A model generated the notes under the pieces. That model saw only the letters and a list, made by a program, of their open reading frames with translations, was not told where the DNA came from and ran no database searches. A DNA stretch of 63,287 nucleotides, the filler included, from Reticulomyxa filosa (Eukaryota; Protista; Foraminifera), in NCBI GenBank assembly GCA_000512085.1. It is 23 parts of 23 records of this genome, joined end to end, with 100 filler letters (N's around TTAATTAATTAA, not from the genome) between each part and the next. Parts side by side here need not be neighbours in the genome. Positions count along the whole stretch, not along the records: positions 50,697 to 53,515 come from ASPP01007025.1; positions 53,616 to 56,345 come from ASPP01022677.1; positions 56,446 to 58,703 come from ASPP01024498.1; positions 58,804 to 60,098 come from ASPP01037509.1; positions 60,199 to 61,249 come from ASPP01023547.1; positions 61,350 to 63,287 come from ASPP01007939.1; 17 more parts are not named here. One strand, written 5' to 3'. Position numbers and translations under genes: made by a program. Shown here piece by piece: positions 50,718 through 63,287 of the stretch (position 1 is its first letter; the number at the start of each line of letters is the position of its first letter).

Positions 50718-51219
50718 GGCCCGTCAATATAAACACCAATACGTATTCTTTTGGCTACTTTTGTATGTATGGACGCCGCTGTATTTTGTTGGGAGAATAC
50801 TATCGTTATTGTTTCCAGTTTTAAACCTAATTGTAAATATTGTGCAGTTGGGACACGTGGAACATATCAATTTGTTGCAGCTAATTTTGACATTCATTTA
50901 TTTTGCCTTGGTGTTTATCATTGTGTTTGTGCTGGGACCTCAAGTATTTTGGTTTTACTTTGTCACCTGGCATATTTCTCCGGGAAACAATGCCTGGATT
51001 TCTACATACAATCTGCGGTCCAAAGAGAACAAGGTTATGCAAGACATTCAACTGCTCTATGCATCCGTTCATCAACTCCTACTTGCTCAAAAGTATCTCA
51101 ACCAAACCTTTGGGGATGACATTGGTGGCATTATTTGGTCCTATGTGCCTGTTGATATTGACACCTCACTACTCAAATGGTATGATACCGACCCTTACGG
51201 AAATGATCAATTTGATTAG
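50718..51219 (+). CDS. Membrane protein, last exon
   Basis: Hydrophobic segments in ORF 50761-51219; C-terminal YLNQTFGDDIGGIIWSYV. Confidence 0.55.
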
Positions 51220-51934
51220 CTAAAGAAAAACATTGTTGTTGTTGACAATGTCAGATTTTGTTTATTGTTGTTGTTGTTGCTGTTGTTTTGTGAGAGCGTG
51301 AAAAAAAAAAAAAAACAAGGAAAGGGGAGGGGAAGAAACGTATTACAAAAAATTAACGTTCTTGAAGACTTGAAAGAGTTTATTTCTTTTCAATGTCAAA
51401 TGTCTTCCTGTTACAGCTTTTTTTTTTTTTTTTCTCTTGTCAACATTGACCTTTTACTTGTTTTTTTTTCTTCCCCTACTTTTTCTTTGTTGTGTTGTTG
51501 CAAATCCTCTTTGCAACCCAAAAAGAAAATTGTTTTCGAATCAAATTTGTGATCAAGTACTCCTCCCTCTTTTGCTGTTGCTTTTTTTTTTATTAGCAAC
51601 TTTTGTTCTAGACGATTTTACATTTCGTTAATATGTGTTGTGTAATATTTATTCCTAAACACAAACTAATTCCTAAAAATCTACCATCGATTACAATGGG
51701 ACAATACAGCGAAAACTAAAAAAAATTGGTGTTTGTAACAAATAATTATGTTGGCGGGTGTTTTTAGATTTTTCAAACTGTCCCACCAAACATCACTAAA
51801 AAAGATCCGAATAATAAGAATAAAATATATGAGTATACATATATGAATAGTCTATATTTTTAAATTTTTTTTTTTTTTTGGAACAAAGCAGAGCAGCTTT
51901 GAGTTGTTCGAAGACGATTAAAATGGCTTGTGCC

Positions 51935-53077
51935 CTACTGTTTTTGATTTTGTGTCATATTGGGCAAAGCTTCACTGTTTTGTACTTTCGTGGCCAAGAC
52001 AGATTGTCCAGCATCGTTGAGTAACTGTGCTAATCTGCTTTTGACTTGGGGATGCAATGGATTCAAACGATATGCAATTCGAAGCAATTGCTGCACTTTC
52101 AAAATGAAATCGTAATTGTATTTGAGGTGATGAGAATATAGGTAGGCGTCACTCAAACTTAAATAAGCCTCGATATAAGTCGGGTCAAGTCGGATGGCAT
52201 TTGAAAAGTATTCTATTGCCTTGTCATACTTTGATGAACGCATACACACAAAAAAAAAAATGAAGAGGAGGGGGATAAACGAGAGGCAAAGAGATCCAAA
52301 AAAAAAAATACAATTTTCAAAACAAAAAAAACAAAAAAAACGAACTTGTTGAATGACTAGGTACTCATTACCGGTTAGAAAATGATGAACAGCATTGTTT
52401 GGGGCTAACCTTAGCATGCTTTGATGGATAGCAAGCAAACGCTGATGTCGCTGATGTTGTTCCAAATCGGTGAGTGGGCGTTGGTAGATCTCAGAGTCAC
52501 TGGAGTCATGAGTGTTGCGCAACTCTTTTTCAATTTGTGCAACTTCCGCCAACAACTCTGTCCATTCTGTATGTGCCGCACTCGATTGAATTGCTCCTGC
52601 CACCACATCTCCAACATTTAGAACAGCATGAAACCTAAGATCGATCAATCATTATTATTATTATTTGTTTTTTTTTTTTTTGTTTTTGTTTTGTTTTGTT
52701 TGAGTCTTCAGCCGGCTCTTTGCCCTCCAAAAAAATGTCAAGAAGGGAGGTGACGTATAAACAAAATGGAGAGAGGGATCCAATTAGAAGACGTAAAGTC
52801 AAACCAGAATTCGGGAACATAAAGAACTTGTCCTTCTGCTTGAATGCACTCTAATGGCTTATATAAATGATCATAACGAGTGCCAGGAGATATCTGCTGT
52901 TGCGGTGGTAGCATCGATGTATAAAACTCAGAGTCTTTTTCCGTGTACAAATCGCTTCCATCATACAGTGTACTTAATTCATTCTGTCCATTTTCCTCTT
53001 TTCTCAGTTCTAAAAAAAAAAAAAAAGAAAAATGTAACTCATAAGTACGTTTTTTTTCTTGGAGGGAGGAAAAAAAA

Positions 53078-53108
<31 letters not shown>

Positions 53109-53495
53109 CACACACACACAAGAAGGTTTGACTTTAATTAAATAACTTGAAATTCGATCGGTTGTGCAATCACCTTGCATAATGGTTGTAATATCACTAT
53201 CACTGTCTAATTGCAGCTGCGTCATATGTTGGCACTCCATTTGAGAATCGTATGTGTCCACCTCCTCACATGTGGCAGCAGCAGAGAGGTTGTGAGAACA
53301 GACTCTTCGCGAAGTAACATTGTTTCGTTGTAAAATCCGATTTCGGTTGTACATCCACGGATGACGAGGCAATTCGTCTTTTAAATTCAAGTAAATATTT
53401 TGGTACCAATCCAACATACTATATCCTGGCCAATAGCCTCCTGGTGGAGATATTTCTGGGGGATACAAAAACCATCGTTTTCGCCCATAGGCAAC
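51935..53495 (-). CDS. JmjC dioxygenase (JMJD6/JMJD8-like) with C-terminal TPR, 5'-partial
   Basis: YGRKRWFLYPP, PLECIQAEGQVLYVPEFW|FHAVLNVG; YDKAIEYFSNAIRLDPTYIEAYLSL (TPR). Confidence 0.8.
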
Positions 53496-53634
53496 ACCTT
53501 TTTTTTTTTTTTTTTNNNNNNNNNNNNNNNNNNNNNNNNNNNNNNNNNNNNNNNNNNNNTTAATTAATTAANNNNNNNNNNNNNNNNNNNNNNNNNNNNN
53601 NNNNNNNNNNNNNNNAAAAAAAAAAAAGATAGAA

Positions 53635-54558
53635 TTAGTGTAATAACAGTAAGGAATCGTTAAGAACATTCGCAAGAGTCAACGACGGGACCGACAAGAC
53701 GGTCGATTGAACCGTTGGCTCGAGGTCACGGACAATAGGTTCAATACGCTCATTCGCGAGATTGTTGGTGGCGTTTCTGATAACATTATCCGAAGTTGTA
53801 GACATACACGAGGGCAACAACGATGACGACGGCGATGATGATGACGAAGACTGTGCAAGTATTGCCTCACCACCCATGGCTTTAGATCGTCTATTCAAAA
53901 TGTCACCAATTGACTTACGTTTGCTCAGCCATCCTTGCCACGTTTTTTTAGCATCGCTGGATAACTTCTTCTCACTTTTCGGCGGTGCTATCACGGTTTC
54001 ATTTGCTGCTTCATTGCACACACTCAATTGCACGTTCTTTGTTTCGTCCGCACTCATTGGCAATGACAATTGCAATGTCTCGCTTTCCTCTGCTCCTTTC
54101 GCTTTGCTCTTATCCTCACTTCTCAAACTCGACTGCGCTTCCTTTTGATTACATCTCTCCCACAACAAATGTTTGTGCTGCTCGTCGATTTGACTGCTTA
54201 AAAACAATAGACCAACACGGTATATTTTTTGATCGGTCACAAGTTTCAAGTCTCCTTCAAATTCAAAATTGCTCAATTGATAACATAATGTACGCCAATA
54301 TAGTGAACTGCTCGAGTTGGGGGGGGGAGAAGGGGAGAGAGAGGGCGATCGGGCAACATCATTTGCCACACATACACACACAACAAACTGCTTGTTTATT
54401 GGTTCTTTTTTTTTTTTTTTTTTATGTTTGTGTGTGTTTTTTTTTTTAAGGTTGTGAGTGGCGAGTGGTCTGCACGTACGTATGTACACTAAAAAAAAAA
54501 TTTTCTCGGACCTTGGAGGAGTAAAAGGGGACTGCTCAAAGGATGCTCTTTTTCATAT
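53635..54558 (-). CDS. Hypothetical protein, possibly entering an RGS domain at contig end
   Basis: ORF 53635-54489 ending LTLANVLNDSLLLH; weak evidence. Confidence 0.4.
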
Positions 54559-54929
54559 CCATTTATCGAAACGTATTTGTACCAGCTGTTTTGATTCACT
54601 GGAGAAACAACAGCAGACATGCTTTTCTTGTTGAAAGCTTAAAAAAAAAACAAAAAAAAAGTGGTTTTCCAGGTCAGTACTTTACTTTGGCCCACAATTT
54701 AAACCCTTGATATGTGTTGATACAAGCTTTGCTATGAGCATAACGCTTTTCTAAATGGTTGGTTCAGCAGAACAATTTGTGCCTGATTACATACCTTATT
54801 TATTACAAAAAAGACGTTGGGCTGGTTTGTGAAGTGGTAAACCTCCTTCCAAATAAAACTAAACAATTTTAAAGGACAGCCAAAGCTAGAACTAAGTTTT
54901 CAGCATCTAGTAACAATAATAAGTATATC

Positions 54930-56029
54930 ATGACCAAGCGTATGAGTAAAGAGGAGAAGATGGATGTGGCCTTGAAAGCTCTCCATGCGTCAGTTGGGTG
55001 TGTCTTTCTTTGAAGAGCACGAAAACCAAAGTACAATGGCACTGGCCACTTGTGACATTCAGAAAGAAGTTTTTACGCGAAAAGATGTCGAAAAACTATT
55101 GAAAGAATCTGGAATTGGTGAGTGGGTAGTCAAACAAGAAACAATCTTTTCTTATTATGTACTGATCAAAGCGAAGAATAAAGACAAAGATCAGAAAGAG
55201 GAGGGAATGCACATGTTAAAACCACTTCCAACATAATATTGACAGCTCGTAGTGCAATTCAAGACACAATAACTGCGCTAGTGGATGAAGGTAAAGTTCA
55301 TGAAGAAAAGATTGGCACAAGTAACTATCTATGGGCGTTTCAAAGTGAAGCTTTGGTTCAAGTTAGTTTTTGTTTTTCTTGAAAGAGGAAAATATCTTTA
55401 TTTTAGTCTTTCTCCAGCAAAAAAAGTTCAAAAATTCCCCCCCCCTTTTTTTTTTAAAAAAAGAACATGAATAGTACTGGATCGCTAAAAAAAGAAATCG
55501 AAAATTTGGAAAAAAAAATTGCTCAACTCGAAAAAAATCTTGAAGCTGCAAAAGCTCAAAGAGCAGATGTTTCGTGTCGTTTCATGAATCACACTTTTTT
55601 TTCTTTTTTATTTGTTGTTCGAAGAACAACTCGCAAAGACAAACATAAATCATGTATGAATTGGGTTGATTCTTTTTCGATATGTTGACGTTGTTAAGCC
55701 GGACCGACAACGCCATTTAGACGAATTGGCTGCCTTTTCCAATGGCATTACCAAATTCAACGAAGATTTACAAAAGTACAATGAAAGTGATTCCGTTGAT
55801 TATGAAGGGATTAGTTTGGTTTTTCTACTGTTTCTCTCTTATTCTCTTACTTTAACATAAAACAAATGTATTTGAAAAAGAAAACGCTGTTGAAAAAGCA
55901 AAAGAAGCAATGGAGCACTGGACAGACAATATCTTCTCGATTGCTAAGAAAATTAAAGAAAGAGGAACATCAAACGAAGAATTTTTTAAGGCATATGAAT
56001 TGAGTGCCGATTTTGATTACGTTGAATAA
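54930..56029 (+). CDS. MND1: Meiotic nuclear division protein 1, multi-exon, apparently complete
   Basis: KRMSKEEK, EVFTRKDVEK, ALVDEGKVHEEKIGTSNYLWAF, coiled coil, EAMEHWTDNIF, ADFDYVE*. Confidence 0.88.
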
Positions 56030-56445
56030 ATTTTCTTCGAAAAAACTTGTCCCTAATTCTAAGCACAGCAATTAATCCATTTTCTTCATATTTTATTCCA
56101 GTTTTTGCTTATTGTTGTATTTTTTGATAAGCAATGATTTTTTTTTTACAAAGTCAGTTTCACTTCTGATATTTATCGATTAGAAAATGTTCTGCAACAG
56201 AAATAGCGTTCTAAGAAGAAAAAGTTAAACAAACGGTTTAACTTTACATACTCTTTGCTTCAACCGAAGCCAATTTGACAGTTTTGTGCAAAGCTCCAGC
56301 AGCTATAAACAATCGCAATCGATCTTGTAATTTGATTCGATGGCCNNNNNNNNNNNNNNNNNNNNNNNNNNNNNNNNNNNNNNNNNNNNTTAATTAATTA
56401 ANNNNNNNNNNNNNNNNNNNNNNNNNNNNNNNNNNNNNNNNNNNN

Positions 56446-56790
56446 TTTGGATGATGAACGAAATGTGTCAAACATGAAGATAGTATACATCTATGTTAAA
56501 TAATGTTGGAATGTTTTGATTTGCATTAAGAAAAGAAAGAATAAATGAACTAACATAATTGACAACGAGTTTATCAAAATCTTTGATCCATCCTAATTTA
56601 ATGTTTAATGTTCGAATCCAATGATGGATAATGATTTGGATCTCTTCTTCTTTTGACTGTTTTAATCATAAAGCAAAATGAAAAACAATAAGAAAAACCT
56701 AAAAAAACAACTTAAACAAAACTTCCATTACTAAGCTAAAGTATATCCTTTTTTTACTTAAGATGATCTTTGATGATGCAAAGATGATGA
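56446..56790 (-). pseudogene. WD40-family gene 5' end; no clear start codon
   Basis: EEIQIIIHHWIRTLNIKLGWIKDFDKLVVNY exon, intron, MYTIFMFDTFRSSS; paralogous to 58025-58703. Confidence 0.65.
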
Positions 56791-57117
56791 AAAAGACACT
56801 TTTCAACTTTTTTTTAAGCTCACAAAGGGCCAATAAAATTGAAATGAATTTGTTTTATTTACTAAATATAAATTTTGTAATGAGAACAATAAGAATTTTT
56901 TTCTAGTTTCCTCAATTATAGGAAATGGTAATTTGAATGCACAAGAACGTACAATTGAATGTGAATTATTTTTTTAAAAGACTCATTTTAAACAATTCCC
57001 ATTAATAGTTTACAAAATATTTTCAAATTGGATTATTGAATTAGAGTCATTCTTTGTTCAATGTTTTTTCATTGGCTATTTAAAATTCCCTTTTTGCAAA
57101 TATGCAATTAGTCCATA

Positions 57118-57240
57118 GATACGTTTGAAGGACATAATGAAGTTATTAATTGCATTTATTTATCATTTGATGATTTAAAATCAGTGTCATGTCCTCGTGA
57201 TAAAACAATTCGATGATGAGATAGTGATAAAGAAAAAATC
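57118..57240 (+). pseudogene. Isolated WD40 repeat remnant
   Basis: TFEGHNEVINCI..RDKTIR* with stops. Confidence 0.5.
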
Positions 57241-58024
57241 ATCGACGTAATGATACAACCAAAAATACAGACATCACCGTTATTTATTTATAAAGGAAAA
57301 TCACTATTGTTCTGAACAGAACAATCTTTCAAATCAAAAACAAATTTCAATTCATTTTAGAAATTGTCTCTGTTTTCTACTCTAATTTTATCCAGAAAAA
57401 TCTAGATTAATATTTACTTCCGAGTATAAATAATTTGTAGTTTCTATTTTAAAAAATAATAAAAAATTAAAATTAAAACAAAGGTTGTATATTTTAAGCA
57501 AAACCTTTTTCGCAATGGTCTAAAGAAATATCAATTCATGCTTTGTGCATCAAATGCCTTTTACGATAAAGTAATTTGAAAAGGAAGTATAAACTTTTCA
57601 AAGTAATTTACGAAAACATATCATTATGTAATTTATGTTTCAAAGTCGGATACATAATTTTACTTTCAAGCTTGCAAACAATATCAATTTAAAAATAAGA
57701 AACAAACACATTTAAAGTTTATAAAAGCTGTACTAAATTACACTTTTTATCTCAGAATTAAATTCTTTTTGTTTTCAAACATTTTTTAAAACTACAAAGC
57801 TGTTTTTAAAGTTTTTGTTGAAAAAAACTTGTTCAAAACTGAGTATGCACGCATAACACAAGTTTTTAAAAATTTCTTATCTTTATGAAAAAGAAACATA
57901 TGTATTGTTAAAATACTATTTTTCATGTTGCTAAAATATTTTTAAAAACCCCTTTCGCTGCCCTTGACAGGAAAAAGTTCAATATCTTCCATTTTACATC
58001 ATCAAAAACAATCTTAAAAAAAAA

Positions 58025-58703
58025 ATGACAACTCTTGGCAATGAGAAGCGAACGTCAACACAACTAGAATTGGTAAGCTTTATTACAATCGTTCAGAAAG
58101 ATGTTGCATTTTTTAGTTTATTTTTATTGTATTTAATTTGTGGTCTAAACAGTTTGAAGAAGAAAAGATTCAAGTAATTATACAACATTGGATTCGAATA
58201 TTGAAAATCAAATTAGGATGGATTCATGAGTTTGACAAACTTGTTGTCAATTATGTTAGTTCATTTGTTCTTTCTTTTTTTTAAATACTAAATATTCAAA
58301 TGTTTATTTAATAGATATATACTATTTTCATGTTTGAGACATTTCGTTCATCATCCAAATTAATTAATACATTCACTGGACACACTAATTCGGTGTTTAG
58401 TATTGATTATTCAACATTCGATGATGGTCGATTCATTTGTTCTGGATCACGCGATAATACAATTCTTGTATGGGATGTTGATAATAACAAACAAATTCGA
58501 TCATTCAATGGACATTCAAGTTATGTGTATTGTGTGAAATTTTCATCATATCATTATCATAATCATCATCAAAATGTTATTTGTTCTTCATCATATGACA
58601 AAATAATTCGTTTTTGGGATTTCAAACATAATCAACAATTACAAATATTCAATGGACACACCAATGGTGTTTGTGGTATTGAATTTTCACAATTTAATGG
58701 TGG
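58025..58703 (+). CDS. WD40 repeat protein, 3'-partial, multi-exon
   Basis: MTTLGNEK exon; IQVIIQHWIRILKIKLGWIHEFDKLVVNY exon; FTGHTNSV..SGSRDNTILVWD, close paralogue of 1270-1650. Confidence 0.85.
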
Positions 58704-58803
58704 NNNNNNNNNNNNNNNNNNNNNNNNNNNNNNNNNNNNNNNNNNNNTTAATTAATTAANNNNNNNNNNNNNNNNNNNNNNNNNNNNNNNNNNNNNNNNN
58801 NNN

Positions 58804-59857
58804 AGGATGATCGACGACTTTTTGGTCACGTTCTGACCTTGAGATAATGGGTCTAGAATTTTTGTGTTTGTCTTCTTTGATGAACTATCCATGTTCTCAC
58901 TTCACGGCGATTGAGTCTCTTTGTCCATGTACAGCACAATCCAAAATAAGTTTTGAAACAAGTGCTTTTTTTTTAACTCGCTAGCAGTTTGGTTCGAGCA
59001 CAAGTGCATGTACAAGTCCGATATCATTTCAAACAATTTATGCTTTTATGACAAATAAATAATAATAAAATAACATTTTTTAATCAAAATGGTGTGAAAT
59101 AAGGAATGTTGGAAGCCTATCAAACACCAATTGTAAAGCTGCAACATCGACTAATAAAAGGATGGCGAACTGGTGTTTATGTATGTTATGAAGATTATAC
59201 AATTTTGCTCTTTAATCACTCTCTTGGAAAATAATGTTTCTCATTTTTGTAACTGATAAAAAGCAAAGCAATGCCTTAAAGGGATAAAACAATCAACAAA
59301 TGGTATAATTGAAAGTTTGAAGATAGTGATAAATTGTTTGTTGGATTTGATTTTTGTTTGTTGCTTTCTCAATATCATCCAATCGTTTTACAACATCCAC
59401 GCTTTTATCTTCGTAGCCTAGTTTATAATCAACTAGTGTTTGATAGCCACGTACAATAGTGCTCTCTATTTTGCGTGGATGTGTATAGCTTCCTTTTTTC
59501 ACTCCAAAGTGTTGATCGAATTGGCTTCGCTTAATCCTTCTGTACTTCTTTATTTTTTTGCTTTACTGCTTCGAAATCAATTCTTATCATCTTTGCAAAC
59601 AGGAATATTGATTTTTTGTAATTTGAGTATATTTCAAATTATTGTGATTTTTTTTATGACAATATTACAAATATCAACACAACACAGTCAAATATTTTTT
59701 ATTCTTTTTGAAGAAAATAAAAAATCACAATTTGGATATATTTGATAATTATTTGATCAAAATCATCGATCCAACCTAATTTTATCTTTGAAATTCGAAC
59801 CCAATCCTGAATAACAAATTTTATTTCATGTTTTAACTGTTCATTATTTGTAGTCAT
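58804..59857 (-). pseudogene. Degenerate gene starting with the WD40-family N-terminal module
   Basis: MTTNNEQLKHEIKFVIQDWVRISKIKLGWIDDFDQIIIKY then broken frames. Confidence 0.5.
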
Positions 59858-60198
59858 GTCATACAATCAAATTTATTTTTGTTTCATCATAAAAAAAGAA
59901 ATAGTTCAAACAAAAATTACCAATGTGGAACATCCGGCACACTTTTATGTTCATGTGTGTTGATATATCATTGTTTCGTTTTCTTAAAATAAAAAGTGTA
60001 TTGCATAAGACAATTATGGTATATGCTATTTCTCTTTGTCAAAATCGAAAATGATTTCAAATTCCAATTTATCAATTCTCTTTGATGTAAAATTTTAANN
60101 NNNNNNNNNNNNNNNNNNNNNNNNNNNNNNNNNNNNNNNNNNTTAATTAATTAANNNNNNNNNNNNNNNNNNNNNNNNNNNNNNNNNNNNNNNNNNNN

Positions 60199-61207
60199 CA
60201 AAGACGAATTGGGATATGCGATGGAACATTGACGGATGCAACGTCGGTGAGAAAGAGCGATTTCCTCCGAAAAAGTATTGGGAGTATTACGACTTGGCGA
60301 CGAAGAGCTCGTACGTGAGAGACAAAGTGCGGCATGGATCGAAGACGACAAAGACAAAGATGAGAACAGTAGCAAAGACGATAGCGACAGTGATAATAGC
60401 AGGAATAGGAATGAAGCTAACGATGAGCGACAAATGGGGGATTGGATCGAGCCTAGCGTTATGGCTTGTGTTGGGACTGTCGTTATATTGGCTAGGATGG
60501 CTGCCTTGGATGTCAACGAAAGATAATGACAATGACAATGACAATGACAACATAGAAATAGAATTGGAAGAAAAGGAAATGTCATATCATTACTTGTTTG
60601 TGTATGGGACATTGAAAAGCAATTTTCATTGGAACCAAAAGTACTTAAGTCATAGCCAGTTGATATCGTCGCGTGTCGTCACTTGTCGCAACTATGCGCT
60701 GATCATCGGCGACTGTGGCGTGCCGTATTTGCTCAATGACAACAAATACTCCTCGTTCTTGAAGGCCGAACAAATACAACAACTCCCACGCATTCAAGGC
60801 GAATTGTGGCTGGTCGACTCTGAGACTTTGTTTGGACTTGATCAATATGAAGGTTATATATATATGTATATATATATATATATATATCTTATCTTGTTTT
60901 GTTTGTTATACTATTCTCCATTGTTCTTTTTTTTTTTTCAATTGGCTGGTTTGTTGGCTTCGCTTCTAATATAAAAGGCATTGACAAAAATTATTACATT
61001 CGAAAATGGATTGATGTTGTCACCCATGATAACAACGTCGTTTCTGCAAATGTCTATTTGCTTGACAAATATGACCACACGCTATTAAACGATCACACCA
61101 CATTCTTCGATGTCTACTCCTTGCAATATCATAAGCTCCATTACTCTGCTATTAAACACATTCAGGTCAAACAGTTGGCTTACTTAAATGAAGATCACTC
61201 ACGGACT

Positions 61208-61210
<3 letters not shown>
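60199..61210 (+). CDS. Gamma-glutamylcyclotransferase-like (AIG2/GGACT) protein with upstream TM segment, 5'-partial
   Basis: YLFVYGTLK, IQGELW, LDQYEG|I..YYIR; intron 60853-60977. Confidence 0.8.
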
Positions 61211-61249
<39 letters not shown>

Positions 61250-61349
61250 NNNNNNNNNNNNNNNNNNNNNNNNNNNNNNNNNNNNNNNNNNNNTTAATTA
61301 ATTAANNNNNNNNNNNNNNNNNNNNNNNNNNNNNNNNNNNNNNNNNNNN

Positions 61350-63140
61350 CTACTACTACCACAGAGGCCCATCCAAAATTTGAGGGCACGCAAGAACAAT
61401 ATTGGCAATGCGTTTCCAGTGTTGGGAGATTTTTAGAAACTGTTTTGAAAAGAATTTCATTGCTGTTTGTGAAAGAAGGAGGGATGGAAGCATTAGTGCA
61501 AATCTCCTACGATCCGGCCATGCATCCAATACCACTAATGAAAACAGAGACGGCAGAATCCAAAGCAGGAGACGAGGAGAAAGACAAAGACCCAAACAAA
61601 AAAAAAGATGAAACGTCCAACGTAAAGTTTGGATCCAATGTCATCCCTGCAGTGTCCAATCGGGTCCTTACTGCTCAACGGTCAATTGCCAATTGCTATC
61701 AATTCTTGCGAAAAGAATGCTGGCCGGATTTAATCAACGCGTTGTTCCGAACCTTTCAAATTGACAAAATTGATGAGCATTTGGTCGCCAAATTTCAATT
61801 TACCACTTTGGCTGACGTCGGGTTTGTGTAACAAAAATAAAAAACGTTTTTATCCCTCCCCCTTTTTTTTTTTTTTTAAAAAAAACTTTTTGATTACGTA
61901 CATATTTTATATATGCATATACATATACACATACCATAAACATTAAAAAAAAACAAACAAACAAAGAGGTGATGTCGAAGAACTCAAAAAACGACATCGC
62001 AATTTGGCCCAAGCATTGCTGTTGTCTTCGAGAATGACATGCCTGCTTTCGATATTGACACGATTGACCCGTCGTGGCGAAATGACACTGCTTTTCGAAT
62101 CGGAATTTCACAAGTGGATGCACTGTTTAACGTCGGTGATCCCAGGAGTGATATGGCATATGACGCAATGCGATTCAGTGGACGTGCATCGCCAGGCGAC
62201 TAGCGATCGACAAAGACTGGTCGGATTGTATACCGAAGAAGAAAAGACGGGTAAGAATGCCAACGAACCAGGAGATACGACCACGAACACGCATGTGCAA
62301 TACTATTCCGACGCATTTGTAAATATTCGTTATTACGAAAACCAAACTGTGTCATTGATGAATCATTTCACCAAATTTTTGAAGACCGCACTACGCACGT
62401 ATCGCAAGGCGATGGACTCGCATCACAAAAATGCCTTGTTGGCCTCTGCCGGAATACACGACAAGCATGTAGTCGAGTATATGGCATACTTGTTACACAC
62501 TCTAACCACGTTCCAAATACCACGATGCTTTTTGCTGGAAACGGACAAGCAAGCGAATCGCAAAGTATATCGAGTGGCATTTTGGGCGTTGATTCAATAC
62601 TGCGAACATGCGTGTCACATTGTGGAAACAATGCTATTGACAGGTCACAAATTGCTGGTCAATGACTTGTTGAAGTCATTTATTGAATACGGAGCGTTGA
62701 ATCGAATGGTATTGTTGTTCCGTGTCTTTGTTCACGTCTTGGGCAAGTGTGATGATGGATTGCAAAATGCCGTCAATGTCATTGAATCGTCATCACCATC
62801 ATCATCATTGCCGTCATCATCATCATCATCATCATCACTGGCGCAACTGATCAAAACTTTGTTCATTCGATCCGATAACGACAATGACATGTTAGACAAT
62901 GTAGACGTAGCCGTCGAGTTTGACAAGGAAGGCCACTTGTATGACACGCTGCGATCCGCTATTACCCAATTTGCGAATTTGTGGCATTTGCTGATGAAAG
63001 CACCCAATGTGAATGAGATTGACCGCAATTTAGGATTCTCGATTTGCGTGGAATTAACTTCGCTGTGGAAGTCCCCGTGGTTCTCTCAACGAAATAGTCG
63101 GTTCACATTCAAGGACTTTGCTTTAATTCACAAGGGTAAG
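61350..63140 (+). CDS. Large hypothetical helical protein, internal exons
   Basis: ORFs 61445-61831 and 62004-63239 separated by a T/TA-rich intron; no diagnostic motif recognised. Confidence 0.55.
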
Positions 63141-63287
63141 ATTCAGCTCACTTTTTTTTTTTTTTTGAGAAGGGGGGGGGGGGAGGGTATGTCAAATGGT
63201 AAAAAAAAAAATAAAATCATATTCACAATTAACAAATGAAACAACTCACACACACACACACACACACAAAACTAGTGATGGAATCGA

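Noticed and set aside
2610-61349. Regularly recurring TTAATTAATTAA motif as a biological repeat or CRISPR-like array
   Set aside because: Always centred in identical N padding; an artificial six-frame stop linker.
1-63287. Immune/ubiquitin gene cluster (RNF213-like, NLR-like, RING, MATH, TRAF-WD40)
   Set aside because: The genes are on separate concatenated contigs, so there is no evidence of linkage.
1-63287. tRNA or rRNA genes
   Set aside because: None recognised by eye; tRNAscan-SE and cmscan would be needed to exclude them.

Overview
This window is not one locus. It is 23 short contigs joined by 22 artificial 100-nt spacers (N44-TTAATTAATTAA-N44, stops in all six frames), so neighbours across a spacer are unlinked. 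The DNA is AT-rich and eukaryotic, with GT-AG introns full of poly-T/A and (TA)n. The expanded WD40, Kelch and NACHT families suggest a rhizarian/foraminiferan such as Reticulomyxa filosa (inference from family resemblance). Recognisable genes, mostly partial: Hsp60, RNF213-like AAA+ ATPase, VASt protein, MFS transporter, vWA protein, EEP hydrolase, MATH protein, LYS1, Kelch protein, Ras-like pseudo-GTPase, PP2A B56, two RING proteins, JmjC-TPR, MND1, a GGCT-like protein, several WD40 genes/pseudogenes and a Tc1 remnant. Two signals stand out. (1) An NLR-like gene with CUE-like, Cys-rich, RelA/SpoT-like nucleotidyltransferase and P-loop NTPase modules (45415-47279), a candidate nucleotide-signalling or toxic immune receptor. 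(2) A hairpin-rich non-coding element in two unlinked contigs (3501-3923, 34446-35281), each preceded by a nearly G-free pyrimidine tract and degenerate coding-like DNA. All assignments come from reading motifs by eye; no searches were run.
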